Shown: piece after piece, positions 55,869 through 64,000 of the stretch
How positions within the stretch are numbered: the first letter of the stretch is position 1
Layout: the number at the start of each line of letters is the position of its first letter
IMG/VR virus record: IMGVR_UViG_3300025270_000009
Span: 37,853 to 101,852 of that record
DNA: 64,000 nucleotides
Origin: a virus
Taxonomy: Duplodnaviria > Caudoviricetes
Reading direction: 5' to 3' (one strand)
Translations under genes and position numbers: made by a program
Notes under the pieces: model-generated
The model's input: only the letters and a program-made list of their open reading frames with translations
Database searches by the model: none
Told to the model about the DNA's origin: nothing

Positions 55869-58061
55869 TTAAGCTCCTACTTTTTTAGCTGCTGAAGAGG
55901 TTTTTTGCTTCTTCAGGTAATAAGTTGATTTCAAACCTAAGCGCCAAGCCAGGTCGTAAATTGCAGCGACTTCTCGCCCTTTTGTGTCCGCCTTGCAATA
56001 GATATTCAGACTTTGAGACTGATCTACCCATTTCTGGCGAACCGCAGCCGGACGAATCTGCCACTCCGGAGATATTTCATAAGCCGTCTTCGTTATTTCA
56101 GGCCGGTTGTATTGCTGACACGGCTCTACAACACGGTATAAACCGCCTATGTTTTCTTTCTTGAATACACGGTGCTCACTTGCTTCAGTACAAGGCGTGG
56201 TACCGGCTATGTTGGCGATGGTTGCCGTTGGTGCGACCGCCATTAGGTTGCAGTTGCGCATACCTTGTTTAGCCAGTTCGCGAACACGGTCCCAAGCCTC
56301 AGCTGAGTACACGTTTGTTTCACGGTTGCGAGCGGTATCAATTGGCAAAATGCCCTGAGACCACAAGCTACCTTCAAACGACTCGTACCGGCCTCGAGTT
56401 CGAGCCAACACGCTTGAGCTAACGATTGAGTGATATGAAATAACCTCAAACACTTCGTCTGCCCATTTCAGGTGCTCTTCTGACTCATAATCGATGCCAC
56501 ATTGAACAAGTGCTTCTGCGTAGCCCATGACACCAAGACCGATTGGGCGATGACGCATATTCGAGCGGCGAGACTCATCGCTTGGGTAGTAATTGAGGTC
56601 AATTACGTTATCCAACATTTCGATAGCGTCAGAAACCGCCTGGCCAAGCAGGTCAAAGTCAATTTTTCCGTCAACAACCATACGGCTCAGGTTGATAGAG
56701 CCTAAGTTACACACGAACGTCTCATTAGTGCTGTTGTTCAGCGAGATTTCAGTGCACAAGTTCGAGTTGTGAATCATTCCGTCGTGCGACTGAGGATTAC
56801 GGCGATTATGCTCGTCCTTAAACGTCAGCCACGGCGCACCTGTTGTCATGACGCTCAGAACGATTTTCTGCCAAAGCTCAGCTGCATTAATCTGGTGACG
56901 CGCTTTACCGGCCTTCTCAGCTTCAATGTAAAGGCGCTCAAACTCTGCACCGTAGCTCTCAACAAGCTCGGGGCACTCGTCAGGGTCAAAGAACGACCAG
57001 ATTGCTTCCGGATCTTCTTTACGCTTCATGAATAAATCGTTCATGAAGAAAACAGGGAAAATGTCATGAGTTCGGCGGCGCTCATCGCCTGTCTTCTTCT
57101 TCAGATCGATAAAGGCTAGAGCGTCTGCGTGCCACGGCTCAAGATAAGCCGCAAAAGCTCCCTTTCTCTTACCTCCCTGGTTAACAGCTACAGAGGTGTC
57201 GTTATAAACTTTCAGGAACGGCACAATCCCTGAGCTTCTTCCATTCGTTGCGCGAATGTGTCCACCCATCGACCGTACACCTGTCCAGCACGTTCCAATC
57301 CCCCCGGCATACTTCGACAGAGCGGCGCACTCGGTCATCTTTGGGTAGATACCGCCCTCATCAATCAAGCTGTCACCAACAAAGTTGCCGTAACATGAGC
57401 TCATTTGGCTGAAGTTGGTGCCTGAGTTAAACAAGGTCGGTGTCGAGCTCACAAACTCCAGGCTGCTCAGCCGGTCGTAGTAACGAATTGCTGCTTCAGT
57501 GCGCTCTTCTTCACTGTCAAAGTTCAGGCTTAAGCCCATTGCGACACGCATCCAGAAGTGCTGAGGCAGCTCAAACAAACGACCCACTTTTTCATCACGC
57601 AAAGGTTCTTTACGCATCAAATATCTTTCTGTCAGTGTTGACATACCGACAAAGTCAAATAAAGAATCACGCTCCTGAACGATAGCGTCATTAAGGTCGT
57701 CCATGTTGAAGCGCAGCATACGCTTGTCAAAACGGTTCTCTTCGATACCAGTAATGATTGTCTCTTCAAGGCCTGGGTACCGTAAAGAGCCGCCGGTCAC
57801 TTCTTTGAAGTTGTTCATCATCATCAGACGCGCTGCCACAAACGTGTAGTTACGCTCTTCTGATACTTTCTGTGCTGCCGAGATAATCAAGGCATTTTGA
57901 ATGTCAGACGTTGGGATGCCGTCAAAGAATTTAAGCGTTGTGCTCATTACAACGTCATCCGGTGAAACGTTTTCCAGGTCACGGCACGCGAATTTTGCAG
58001 CGGCGGTGATCTTGTCGATGTTCAACTCTTCAAGAGAGCCGTTCTTTTTAGTGACTTGCAT
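55869..58061 (-). CDS. nrdA: ribonucleotide reductase class Ia alpha subunit
   Basis: ATP cone, TPTLFN, SSC, SNLCTEI, VCNLGS, APTA, STYY; operator 58115-58134 upstream. Confidence 0.96.
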   Translation of the reverse strand: MQVTKKNGSLEELNIDKITAAAKFACRDLENVSPDDVVMSTTLKFFDGIPTSDIQNALIISAAQKVSEERNYTFVAARLMMMNNFKEVTGGSLRYPGLEETIITGIEENRFDKRMLRFNMDDLNDAIVQERDSLFDFVGMSTLTERYLMRKEPLRDEKVGRLFELPQHFWMRVAMGLSLNFDSEEERTEAAIRYYDRLSSLEFVSSTPTLFNSGTNFSQMSSCYGNFVGDSLIDEGGIYPKMTECAALSKYAGGIGTCWTGVRSMGGHIRATNGRSSGIVPFLKVYNDTSVAVNQGGKRKGAFAAYLEPWHADALAFIDLKKKTGDERRRTHDIFPVFFMNDLFMKRKEDPEAIWSFFDPDECPELVESYGAEFERLYIEAEKAGKARHQINAAELWQKIVLSVMTTGAPWLTFKDEHNRRNPQSHDGMIHNSNLCTEISLNNSTNETFVCNLGSINLSRMVVDGKIDFDLLGQAVSDAIEMLDNVIDLNYYPSDESRRSNMRHRPIGLGVMGYAEALVQCGIDYESEEHLKWADEVFEVISYHSIVSSSVLARTRGRYESFEGSLWSQGILPIDTARNRETNVYSAEAWDRVRELAKQGMRNCNLMAVAPTATIANIAGTTPCTEASEHRVFKKENIGGLYRVVEPCQQYNRPEITKTAYEISPEWQIRPAAVRQKWVDQSQSLNIYCKADTKGREVAAIYDLAWRLGLKSTYYLKKQKTSSAAKKVGA

Positions 58062-58156
58062 ACTACCTCTAGTGTTATTTCTTATATCGAGTTACTAAAT
58101 GTTGGGGTTTCGTAGTATCTCAGCGTTGAAATACACAATCAACCCCAAAAAACGAA

Positions 58157-58549
58157 TTACAATCTGCTAATTTTTAACAGGTGCGAATAAAACGCAACAA
58201 ACGGATAAGCAATGGCCGCGTTTATCAACGCATAAGCTGGCAGATAAACCGGGTCGAGCGTTTCTATAAAGACCAACCCTAATGGCCAGGCAATGACTGC
58301 CACCGCCATATTCACGAAGATCCAGCGAACAAGGTTCCACGATCTGCGAGCCATATAAACATTGCGGTAATTTTCCGATGCTTTTGCAAGCGCATAGTCT
58401 GTCGCTTTTCTGGTGCCAAGAAACAGGTCGCGCATAAAAACAGACAGGGCAACGTAAAACGGAACAAACCAGTACGGGTTCATTTCGTGCTCAGTCTGAC
58501 AATATACCGGCAGTAGCATCATCAACACGATTATAGCGAAAACCTGCAT
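58157..58549 (-). CDS. membrane protein
   Basis: 3-4 TM segments. Confidence 0.6.
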   Translation of the reverse strand: MQVFAIIVLMMLLPVYCQTEHEMNPYWFVPFYVALSVFMRDLFLGTRKATDYALAKASENYRNVYMARRSWNLVRWIFVNMAVAVIAWPLGLVFIETLDPVYLPAYALINAAIAYPFVAFYSHLLKISRL

Positions 58550-58551
58550 GA

Positions 58552-59145
58552 TTACGCTCCTATCGCCATTTTCAGCGCATTTCTGAAATAGTTAAACTCT
58601 TCGGTTTCCAGGCCGGCTTGAATCGCTGCAATAGCGTCTGCGGCGTGCTCATTGAAGCCTTCTGTGAAAACCATTTCACCGTTTTTCTTGTGCTTCTTCC
58701 ACGGTGCATTAGGATGCACTTCGCGCACTGCATCAATCATGGTTTGCTTGGTTATAGCGCCTTTAAGACCCATAGCCTTTTTGTTTTCAGCTTCACTCAG
58801 TTGAAATACCGGCAGACCTGTCTCGTTTGATACAGCGGCCAATACAGTAATGCACATGGCATAGCTCAACTGGGAGCTAGCGTTTTGCGAGCCGTGTGGC
58901 ATTTCGACGAACAATGCTTTCGGCTTGTGCTCGTCAATAGAGGCCATAACCTGTTTGTGCAGATACTTGGCTCGGTCAAAGTTCTGAGAGCTTTTGCGCA
59001 CCTGCTTTTTCTTGGACTTATCCAGTTTATTTTTAATGACGTCGATATGAGTCACTTCAAATTCCAGATCTTCAATGTCGAGGTTGGCTACCGCCAAACC
59101 CCAGTTAGTCATGCTAGGGTCATAACCCATCACTACTTGCTGCAT
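58552..59145 (-). CDS. RuvC-like Holliday junction resolvase
   Basis: GYDPSMTNWG, FVE, EHAADAIAA; start MQQVV. Confidence 0.8.
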   Translation of the reverse strand: MQQVVMGYDPSMTNWGLAVANLDIEDLEFEVTHIDVIKNKLDKSKKKQVRKSSQNFDRAKYLHKQVMASIDEHKPKALFVEMPHGSQNASSQLSYAMCITVLAAVSNETGLPVFQLSEAENKKAMGLKGAITKQTMIDAVREVHPNAPWKKHKKNGEMVFTEGFNEHAADAIAAIQAGLETEEFNYFRNALKMAIGA

Positions 59146-59146
59146 T

Positions 59147-59596
59147 TTATACTCCGTATTTTCCCCAACTTGGAATGCGCTCTCGCATTTCTTCGTTTTC
59201 ACCACGCTTGTAAAGCTCAACTGTGCTTTCAAGCTCCTTTTCGACAATCTGCTCAAACTGAACAAATTGCTCGACCGTTGCTGAATAACCGAGCTCATTA
59301 ATAATGCACTCTGCTATTTCAACGTTTTCCGGTTTCTCCAGGTTCGCTCTTATGCGTCGAGTTCGTATCTTGCCTTCGACATAAAGAGTGCCGTTCTCAT
59401 CGACAAGCCTCGGACTTCTAATGACGGCGCCTGGGCCAACTGTTGACTCCTGGTAACCATGCTTTTCTCTGAAGTCCACCAACAGCTGAGCCGCATTAAC
59501 GTCTAGCTTGCCTAGCGACTCAACTTTTACCCCCCAGTCATCAATAAGGGCTCTCAGAACTATCGGCTTCAACCTTAACCTCCTTTGCCTTAACAA
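59147..59596 (-). CDS. hypothetical protein (start uncertain)
   Basis: Fills operon gap. Confidence 0.55.
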   Translation of the reverse strand: MLRQRRLRLKPIVLRALIDDWGVKVESLGKLDVNAAQLLVDFREKHGYQESTVGPGAVIRSPRLVDENGTLYVEGKIRTRRIRANLEKPENVEIAECIINELGYSATVEQFVQFEQIVEKELESTVELYKRGENEEMRERIPSWGKYGV

Positions 59597-60065
59597 CCTC
59601 TACATCATTCAAATCAACAATTCCGGCTATACCCTCCTCGTCAATCATTTCTTGAGCTATGGCGGCATAACCTCCCCTCAAAAACGCATCATCCCGAGCA
59701 CAGGCATTGTTAATTCGAACCTTTACGGTCACCTCAAGATGCTGTGTTTCATTGCAGTGCGGTCTAAACTGCTCGCAGTTTTTCTCTGCACGATCTTGCT
59801 CATTAAGCCAGTAGAAGACCTTGTCTTTGCTCTGCTCATCCGGGTCTTCTACGACTTCACTGCCTGGCACCAACTGGATCTCACTAACTTCGTCATCAGG
59901 AATCCCGAATCTCGACTTAAGTGGCCAAAAAGATGTTCCGTTTGGAAGGCACCACTTAACGACCTCACCCTTCTTGGTTTTTATGTTGTAGAGGTCTTTG
60001 TAACGAAAGCCGGTGTACTCGACCCAACGTCCAAAGTCATCGTATCTATGGTTTACTTCGTTCAT
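59541..60065 (-). CDS. hypothetical protein
   Basis: 174 aa, coupled to SbcC-like gene. Confidence 0.65.
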   Translation of the reverse strand: MNEVNHRYDDFGRWVEYTGFRYKDLYNIKTKKGEVVKWCLPNGTSFWPLKSRFGIPDDEVSEIQLVPGSEVVEDPDEQSKDKVFYWLNEQDRAEKNCEQFRPHCNETQHLEVTVKVRINNACARDDAFLRGGYAAIAQEMIDEEGIAGIVDLNDVEVVKAKEVKVEADSSESPY

Positions 60066-61990
60066 TACTCCACCAATGTTGCTTGACCGTCACGTTTGAC
60101 GACCGTTACTTGTTGACGAATCCAGTCTCTAAGCTCGTTATGACTGATTACCAGTACTGTTCCGTGTGTACGTGCACGTTCATCAAGTACATTCATCAAT
60201 CGCTCAAGGCCGGCTGTATCGAGTGCATGGTCTATCTCATCACCGATATACAGATCGATGTTTTTAACAGCTCGGGTAGACACCAGATCTTGCAATGCCA
60301 AGTTTGTTGACAAGCGAACCTTGCGCTTCTCGCCGCCTGACAGCGCCTTGAATGAGTTGCCGCCTGTCTGAGATTCCACATCAATCGTGAACTTCTCAGT
60401 CAGCTCGCCGTTGGCCTTTTTGCTTAGTGTTTGCCATGTCGCCGTAATGTTGCCGTCTGACAGCGCTGACAAGTACTCCGCCGTTCTCTGGTTAAGATAA
60501 GGCGTTACCGTGTCGAGAATATGAGCACGAACACCCGAATTCCCGTAAACTTCTGCAACTTCCTTCATCACCTCAACAGTCTCAGCTTGCTCTTCAAGAT
60601 CACTTATGACCTTTTCATAGCTCTTCTTCTGGTCAGCCAAACGCTTCTCAAGACGCTCAATACTCTGCTTGTGAGGGTTAGACTCATCACTTTTGGCGTG
60701 CTCGAGCTGTATCTTTTTAGAGTCAATTGACTCCTTTTCGCGCTTAAGGTTATCAACCGCTCGTTGATATTCGTTTCGCTGATTGAAAAGCGCCACGATC
60801 TCAGAATCATCGAACTCCGGCGCCTCTCTTCTGGCCACATTCAATTCTGTTTGAGCATCGTCAAGCTGCTTCTCAAGGTCGGCAAGCTTTGGCTTCTCCT
60901 GCTTTATCTCGGCCATTAACTCGTCAAGGCGCTTCTTGCGGACTTCAATGACATCAGCCATGTCATGCTCCGAGTAAGGCTTGCCACACTCGCGACAATC
61001 AGTGCCAATTAGCGACTCACTGTTGTCTATTTCACCCTTGAGCTTTCTCGCTTCATTGGCCAACTGACTCAGCTCAGCCCGAACCTTGCTGTGCTCAGCC
61101 TGGACTGCAGAAAGGTTTGCCTGTTTCTGAGCCTCATAAGCTTTGTGCGCTGCTTTGGCTTCTGTTCGAGACTCTTCAATTTCCTTTATCTTGTCTTCAA
61201 TTGAATCGTCTTTCTTACCCTTCAGCTCGGCTGCTTTTTCTCTAACAGAAGCGGCCTTTTCTTCAATTTCTCGCTCAAGGTCTGCCACAACCTGCTTTTG
61301 GCGCTCTTCGTGCTCTTTAGCCTGAGACTTGGCTTGCTCCAAATCTTCTTTTGTTGTCTGCAAGCTGCGAGCTTCAAACTCCTTGCTTTGAGAAAGTGTT
61401 TCGTAATCCCGCTTTGCATCCTTCAGCTTGTCTTTGGCCAACTTATAGGCGTTTTGCAGTCGAGTGATTCCGGCTGCTTCTTCAACAATGGTCTTTAGCT
61501 CTTTATCGGTCATGGCGGGTAAGTCCACCTGAGCCTCTTGAGCGCTATACACGGACGCATTGAAGATTTCTTGACTGCAACCTAAGACTTCTACAATTTT
61601 CGCCTGAGTGAGCTTGTCTGTGCCGCCTGTGAGCGATTCTTCTTTGCCGTCAGCAATACGAACAAGCTGAACCGAATTTTTGAACTCTTTGTGCTTGCGA
61701 TACCGGGTTACCACGTACTTGTCGTCACCGTCGATGATCTCTACCGACACCGAGCAATTTTTCTTGGCTTTTCGGTTAACAATGTCGGTAGGTGAAATGC
61801 CCCGAGCTGTCACGCCAAACAGACACCAACTTATTGCATCAGCAATAGTTGATTTACCGGCTCCGTTTGAGTTCTGACTTTCGTCATGCTCGTTCTCGCC
61901 CTGTATCAACAGAAGCCCTCGTTGCTGAAGGTTAATCGATGCTTCACCGATTGCCATGAAGTTAATGATATTTACGTCGCCAAAGTGCAT
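60065..61990 (-). CDS. SbcC/Rad50-like ATPase
   Basis: NGAGKST, CRECG zinc hook, LSGGE, DE, SH. Confidence 0.93.
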   Translation of the reverse strand: MHFGDVNIINFMAIGEASINLQQRGLLLIQGENEHDESQNSNGAGKSTIADAISWCLFGVTARGISPTDIVNRKAKKNCSVSVEIIDGDDKYVVTRYRKHKEFKNSVQLVRIADGKEESLTGGTDKLTQAKIVEVLGCSQEIFNASVYSAQEAQVDLPAMTDKELKTIVEEAAGITRLQNAYKLAKDKLKDAKRDYETLSQSKEFEARSLQTTKEDLEQAKSQAKEHEERQKQVVADLEREIEEKAASVREKAAELKGKKDDSIEDKIKEIEESRTEAKAAHKAYEAQKQANLSAVQAEHSKVRAELSQLANEARKLKGEIDNSESLIGTDCRECGKPYSEHDMADVIEVRKKRLDELMAEIKQEKPKLADLEKQLDDAQTELNVARREAPEFDDSEIVALFNQRNEYQRAVDNLKREKESIDSKKIQLEHAKSDESNPHKQSIERLEKRLADQKKSYEKVISDLEEQAETVEVMKEVAEVYGNSGVRAHILDTVTPYLNQRTAEYLSALSDGNITATWQTLSKKANGELTEKFTIDVESQTGGNSFKALSGGEKRKVRLSTNLALQDLVSTRAVKNIDLYIGDEIDHALDTAGLERLMNVLDERARTHGTVLVISHNELRDWIRQQVTVVKRDGQATLVE

Positions 61991-61992
61991 GA

Positions 61993-63066
61993 TTAAGCCT
62001 CCACTTCCTGCAGCACTGCCAGTGCTTCTTTCACAACACGGTTCTTGCGAATAGAATCGCGTGATTCAACATAGCTCTCAATTGAGCCCTCTAGCGTCTC
62101 TGACTTTTCAGTATCAACACTGTCCTTGCGCTCAGTGACGTTGGTCTTCGGTGTAGCAACAATTGACACACCAAGTGCGCCCCTCTCTTTCATGTCGTTT
62201 TTCAGAGAGCTTGATTCTTCAATGCTTAGCTCAGAAGCACGAACACGAACGAAATTACCGGGTACGTGGTAAACAGCGTCTTCGTAATCTTCCTCTTCGC
62301 TTATCAAGTCCATGTTCACGTCTACGAATTTAGGCGCCTGAGTTTCAAAGTGCTTGACGCTGTCACCTTCAACCAGTATGAATCCGGCTCTGGAGCTAAT
62401 ATCGCCAAAGTTCTGATGTGTTAACGCACCAACAGACACAACCGACTTGTCATCGTCTATGTCAAACACTTTGTGATTGTGGTAATGACCAAAGTAGAAG
62501 CGCTTGGCTTTATACTTCGCAAGCTCTTCGTATGAGAAGCCGTGATCGGGTATGCCGCTAATCACGCCGTTCAATTGCGCGTGCAGGTGAACATGAGCGT
62601 TTCCGTTACTATCATCCAACTGATTGCTAAGCTCTTCACGCAAGTCATCCAGGTTTGCAAACCAGGGCATTAATAGCGTTTCTTCGTCAATCCAGGTTGG
62701 TTCTGTCACAACATTGACACCGACACCCTGAAGCGCTGAACTGGCGTTAGACACCCACTCTGAGTCACGACCTTCTAAGTCATGGTTGCCGGCTATCATG
62801 TGAATGCCGTCTTCAAACTTACCTTCGTACTCTTTGTACAGGTTTAGTACCGGGTTCAAAACGCTCGGAATGATTTTTCCGCGAACATGAAAGCAATCGC
62901 CGTCATGGATAACTCGGGTAGCACCCTCTTTCAGAGCGTGCTCAAACGCTTCTCGGGTTGCCTCTATGATATGCAAAAGTCGGCTGTTAACGCCGTCCAC
63001 AGTTGTGCTGAATTGGTCGAAATTGTGATAGTGAGTGTCACTTATCAAGCAATCGAATCTGTTCAT
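61993..63066 (-). CDS. SbcD/Mre11-like nuclease
   Basis: SDTH, GD, GNHD, GHYH; leader and operator 63094-63113. Confidence 0.93.
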   Translation of the reverse strand: MNRFDCLISDTHYHNFDQFSTTVDGVNSRLLHIIEATREAFEHALKEGATRVIHDGDCFHVRGKIIPSVLNPVLNLYKEYEGKFEDGIHMIAGNHDLEGRDSEWVSNASSALQGVGVNVVTEPTWIDEETLLMPWFANLDDLREELSNQLDDSNGNAHVHLHAQLNGVISGIPDHGFSYEELAKYKAKRFYFGHYHNHKVFDIDDDKSVVSVGALTHQNFGDISSRAGFILVEGDSVKHFETQAPKFVDVNMDLISEEEDYEDAVYHVPGNFVRVRASELSIEESSSLKNDMKERGALGVSIVATPKTNVTERKDSVDTEKSETLEGSIESYVESRDSIRKNRVVKEALAVLQEVEA

Positions 63067-63114
63067 CTTTTAATCTCGCTTGTCTTGCTGAATGTATTTC
63101 AATACTTACATAAA

Positions 63115-63567
63115 TTAAGCTCGGGTTAAATAGATAGCCGTTAATTTGTTTGACTTTAAAACCCAATTCTTTCCATAACTTTTCACCAGTGCATCAAAAA
63201 CAACCGGCACAAAGTGCTCATCTTGGTTGGCCAGGGCCATGTGATTTCTCTCGCCGTGTTCTAAAAGAACATTGTCGAAATCACCGGCTATCGTCATCAC
63301 AACGGCGCAATCTAACCGCTCACCCTTGCATTCCAGTGTAATGATGTCACCCGGCTTTAATCGCTTATGCCATGCACTGTGAAGCCGCATTGTGTTGAAT
63401 ATCTTTTGATCGGTTCCGTCCAACCATTTTATCGGCAATATCGGTCTCATTTCCTGACACATTTGAACGTCACCTCGAAACTCGCAGTTTAAAGAGCATT
63501 CACTGCAAAGCGTTTCCGTCGATGACGTTTGAAAACCTGCTTCCATGCGTTTTAGAACTCTCATCAC
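63115..63567 (-). CDS. hypothetical protein (possible ASCH/PUA-like)
   Basis: NTMRL..LKPGDIITL. Confidence 0.5.
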   Translation of the reverse strand: MMRVLKRMEAGFQTSSTETLCSECSLNCEFRGDVQMCQEMRPILPIKWLDGTDQKIFNTMRLHSAWHKRLKPGDIITLECKGERLDCAVVMTIAGDFDNVLLEHGERNHMALANQDEHFVPVVFDALVKSYGKNWVLKSNKLTAIYLTRA

Positions 63568-63648
63568 TTCTCCCGTAGATATAAAAAATGCGACACCGTT
63601 AGTGTCGCATTTAATTAAAGGTAATCAATACCGATTGTATCTATTTAA

Positions 63649-64000
63649 CTAGATATTTTCCTTAAGATGCTTGATGACATCGCCGGTTAGGTCGTTGTCG
63701 TCAATATGCTTAATCAACGTTGCGCGAGGGTAAGTTTTCCCGTCAATAAACTTGATTCGATTACCGGCTCTCTCCAGAAAACCGTTCTCCTTCATGTAAT
63801 CGACAAGCGCCCCGGTTGTGTCGATACGACCGATTGACTTCTGACCGGCTCCGCTGCGCTCATACGCAATGTTCCACTTAACTTTTTCACCGACCGACTG
63901 CGTCACTTTGTTCTTAATGATTTTCGCCGTGATTTCATGCTCATGCACGCGACCCTCTTCCGACTTCACCTTCTTGCCGAGAGAGATACGCACTGAAGCG
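63649..64000 (-). CDS. recA: RecA-like recombinase, C-terminal part
   Basis: RISL..ITAKIIKNKV..ID..LERAG; terminator 63583-63612 downstream. Confidence 0.7.
   Translation of the reverse strand, partial: ASVRISLGKKVKSEEGRVHEHEITAKIIKNKVTQSVGEKVKWNIAYERSGAGQKSIGRIDTTGALVDYMKENGFLERAGNRIKFIDGKTYPRATLIKHIDDNDLTGDVIKHLKENI

Overview
64 kb segment of a large temperate siphovirus / phage-plasmid genome. Capsid, terminase and portal sequence and gene order resemble the SSU5/pHCM2-like group (recognised from memory, not by search). The host is probably a gammaproteobacterium, inferred from H-NS and sigma70 promoters. 1-14.5 kb (minus strand): virion morphogenesis genes, from a minor tail protein to terminase. 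14.7-20.2 kb: winged-HTH, GNAT, ABC-ATPase, two ParB/Srx proteins, SF2 helicase and a PD-(D/E)XK nuclease. 20.3-28.7 kb: an unusual, largely non-coding, motif-rich zone, possibly a genome-end or first-transferred region. 28.7-48 kb: small early genes divided into cassettes by a repeated terminator/promoter/operator/leader element. 48-64 kb: nucleotide metabolism and recombination genes (DnaQ-like exonuclease, kinase, dUTPase, DHFR, ThyA, NrdAB, thioredoxin, RuvC, SbcCD, RecA). The most notable signal is a two-layer regulatory circuit. A 20-bp palindromic operator occurs 27 times. About 19 mRNAs share a conserved 5' leader (CAUUCAGCAA..AAGCAAGG). At least three intergenic small RNAs, each with its own predicted promoter and terminator, are complementary in trans to such leaders and RBSs, and a fourth element is a hairpin array with anti-RBS-like loops. 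Other notable signals: a 1.3-kb zone almost free of CCW/WGG next to CCWWGG-rich repeats, and an NrdA whose C-terminal redox CxxC tail appears to have moved onto the adjacent thioredoxin.
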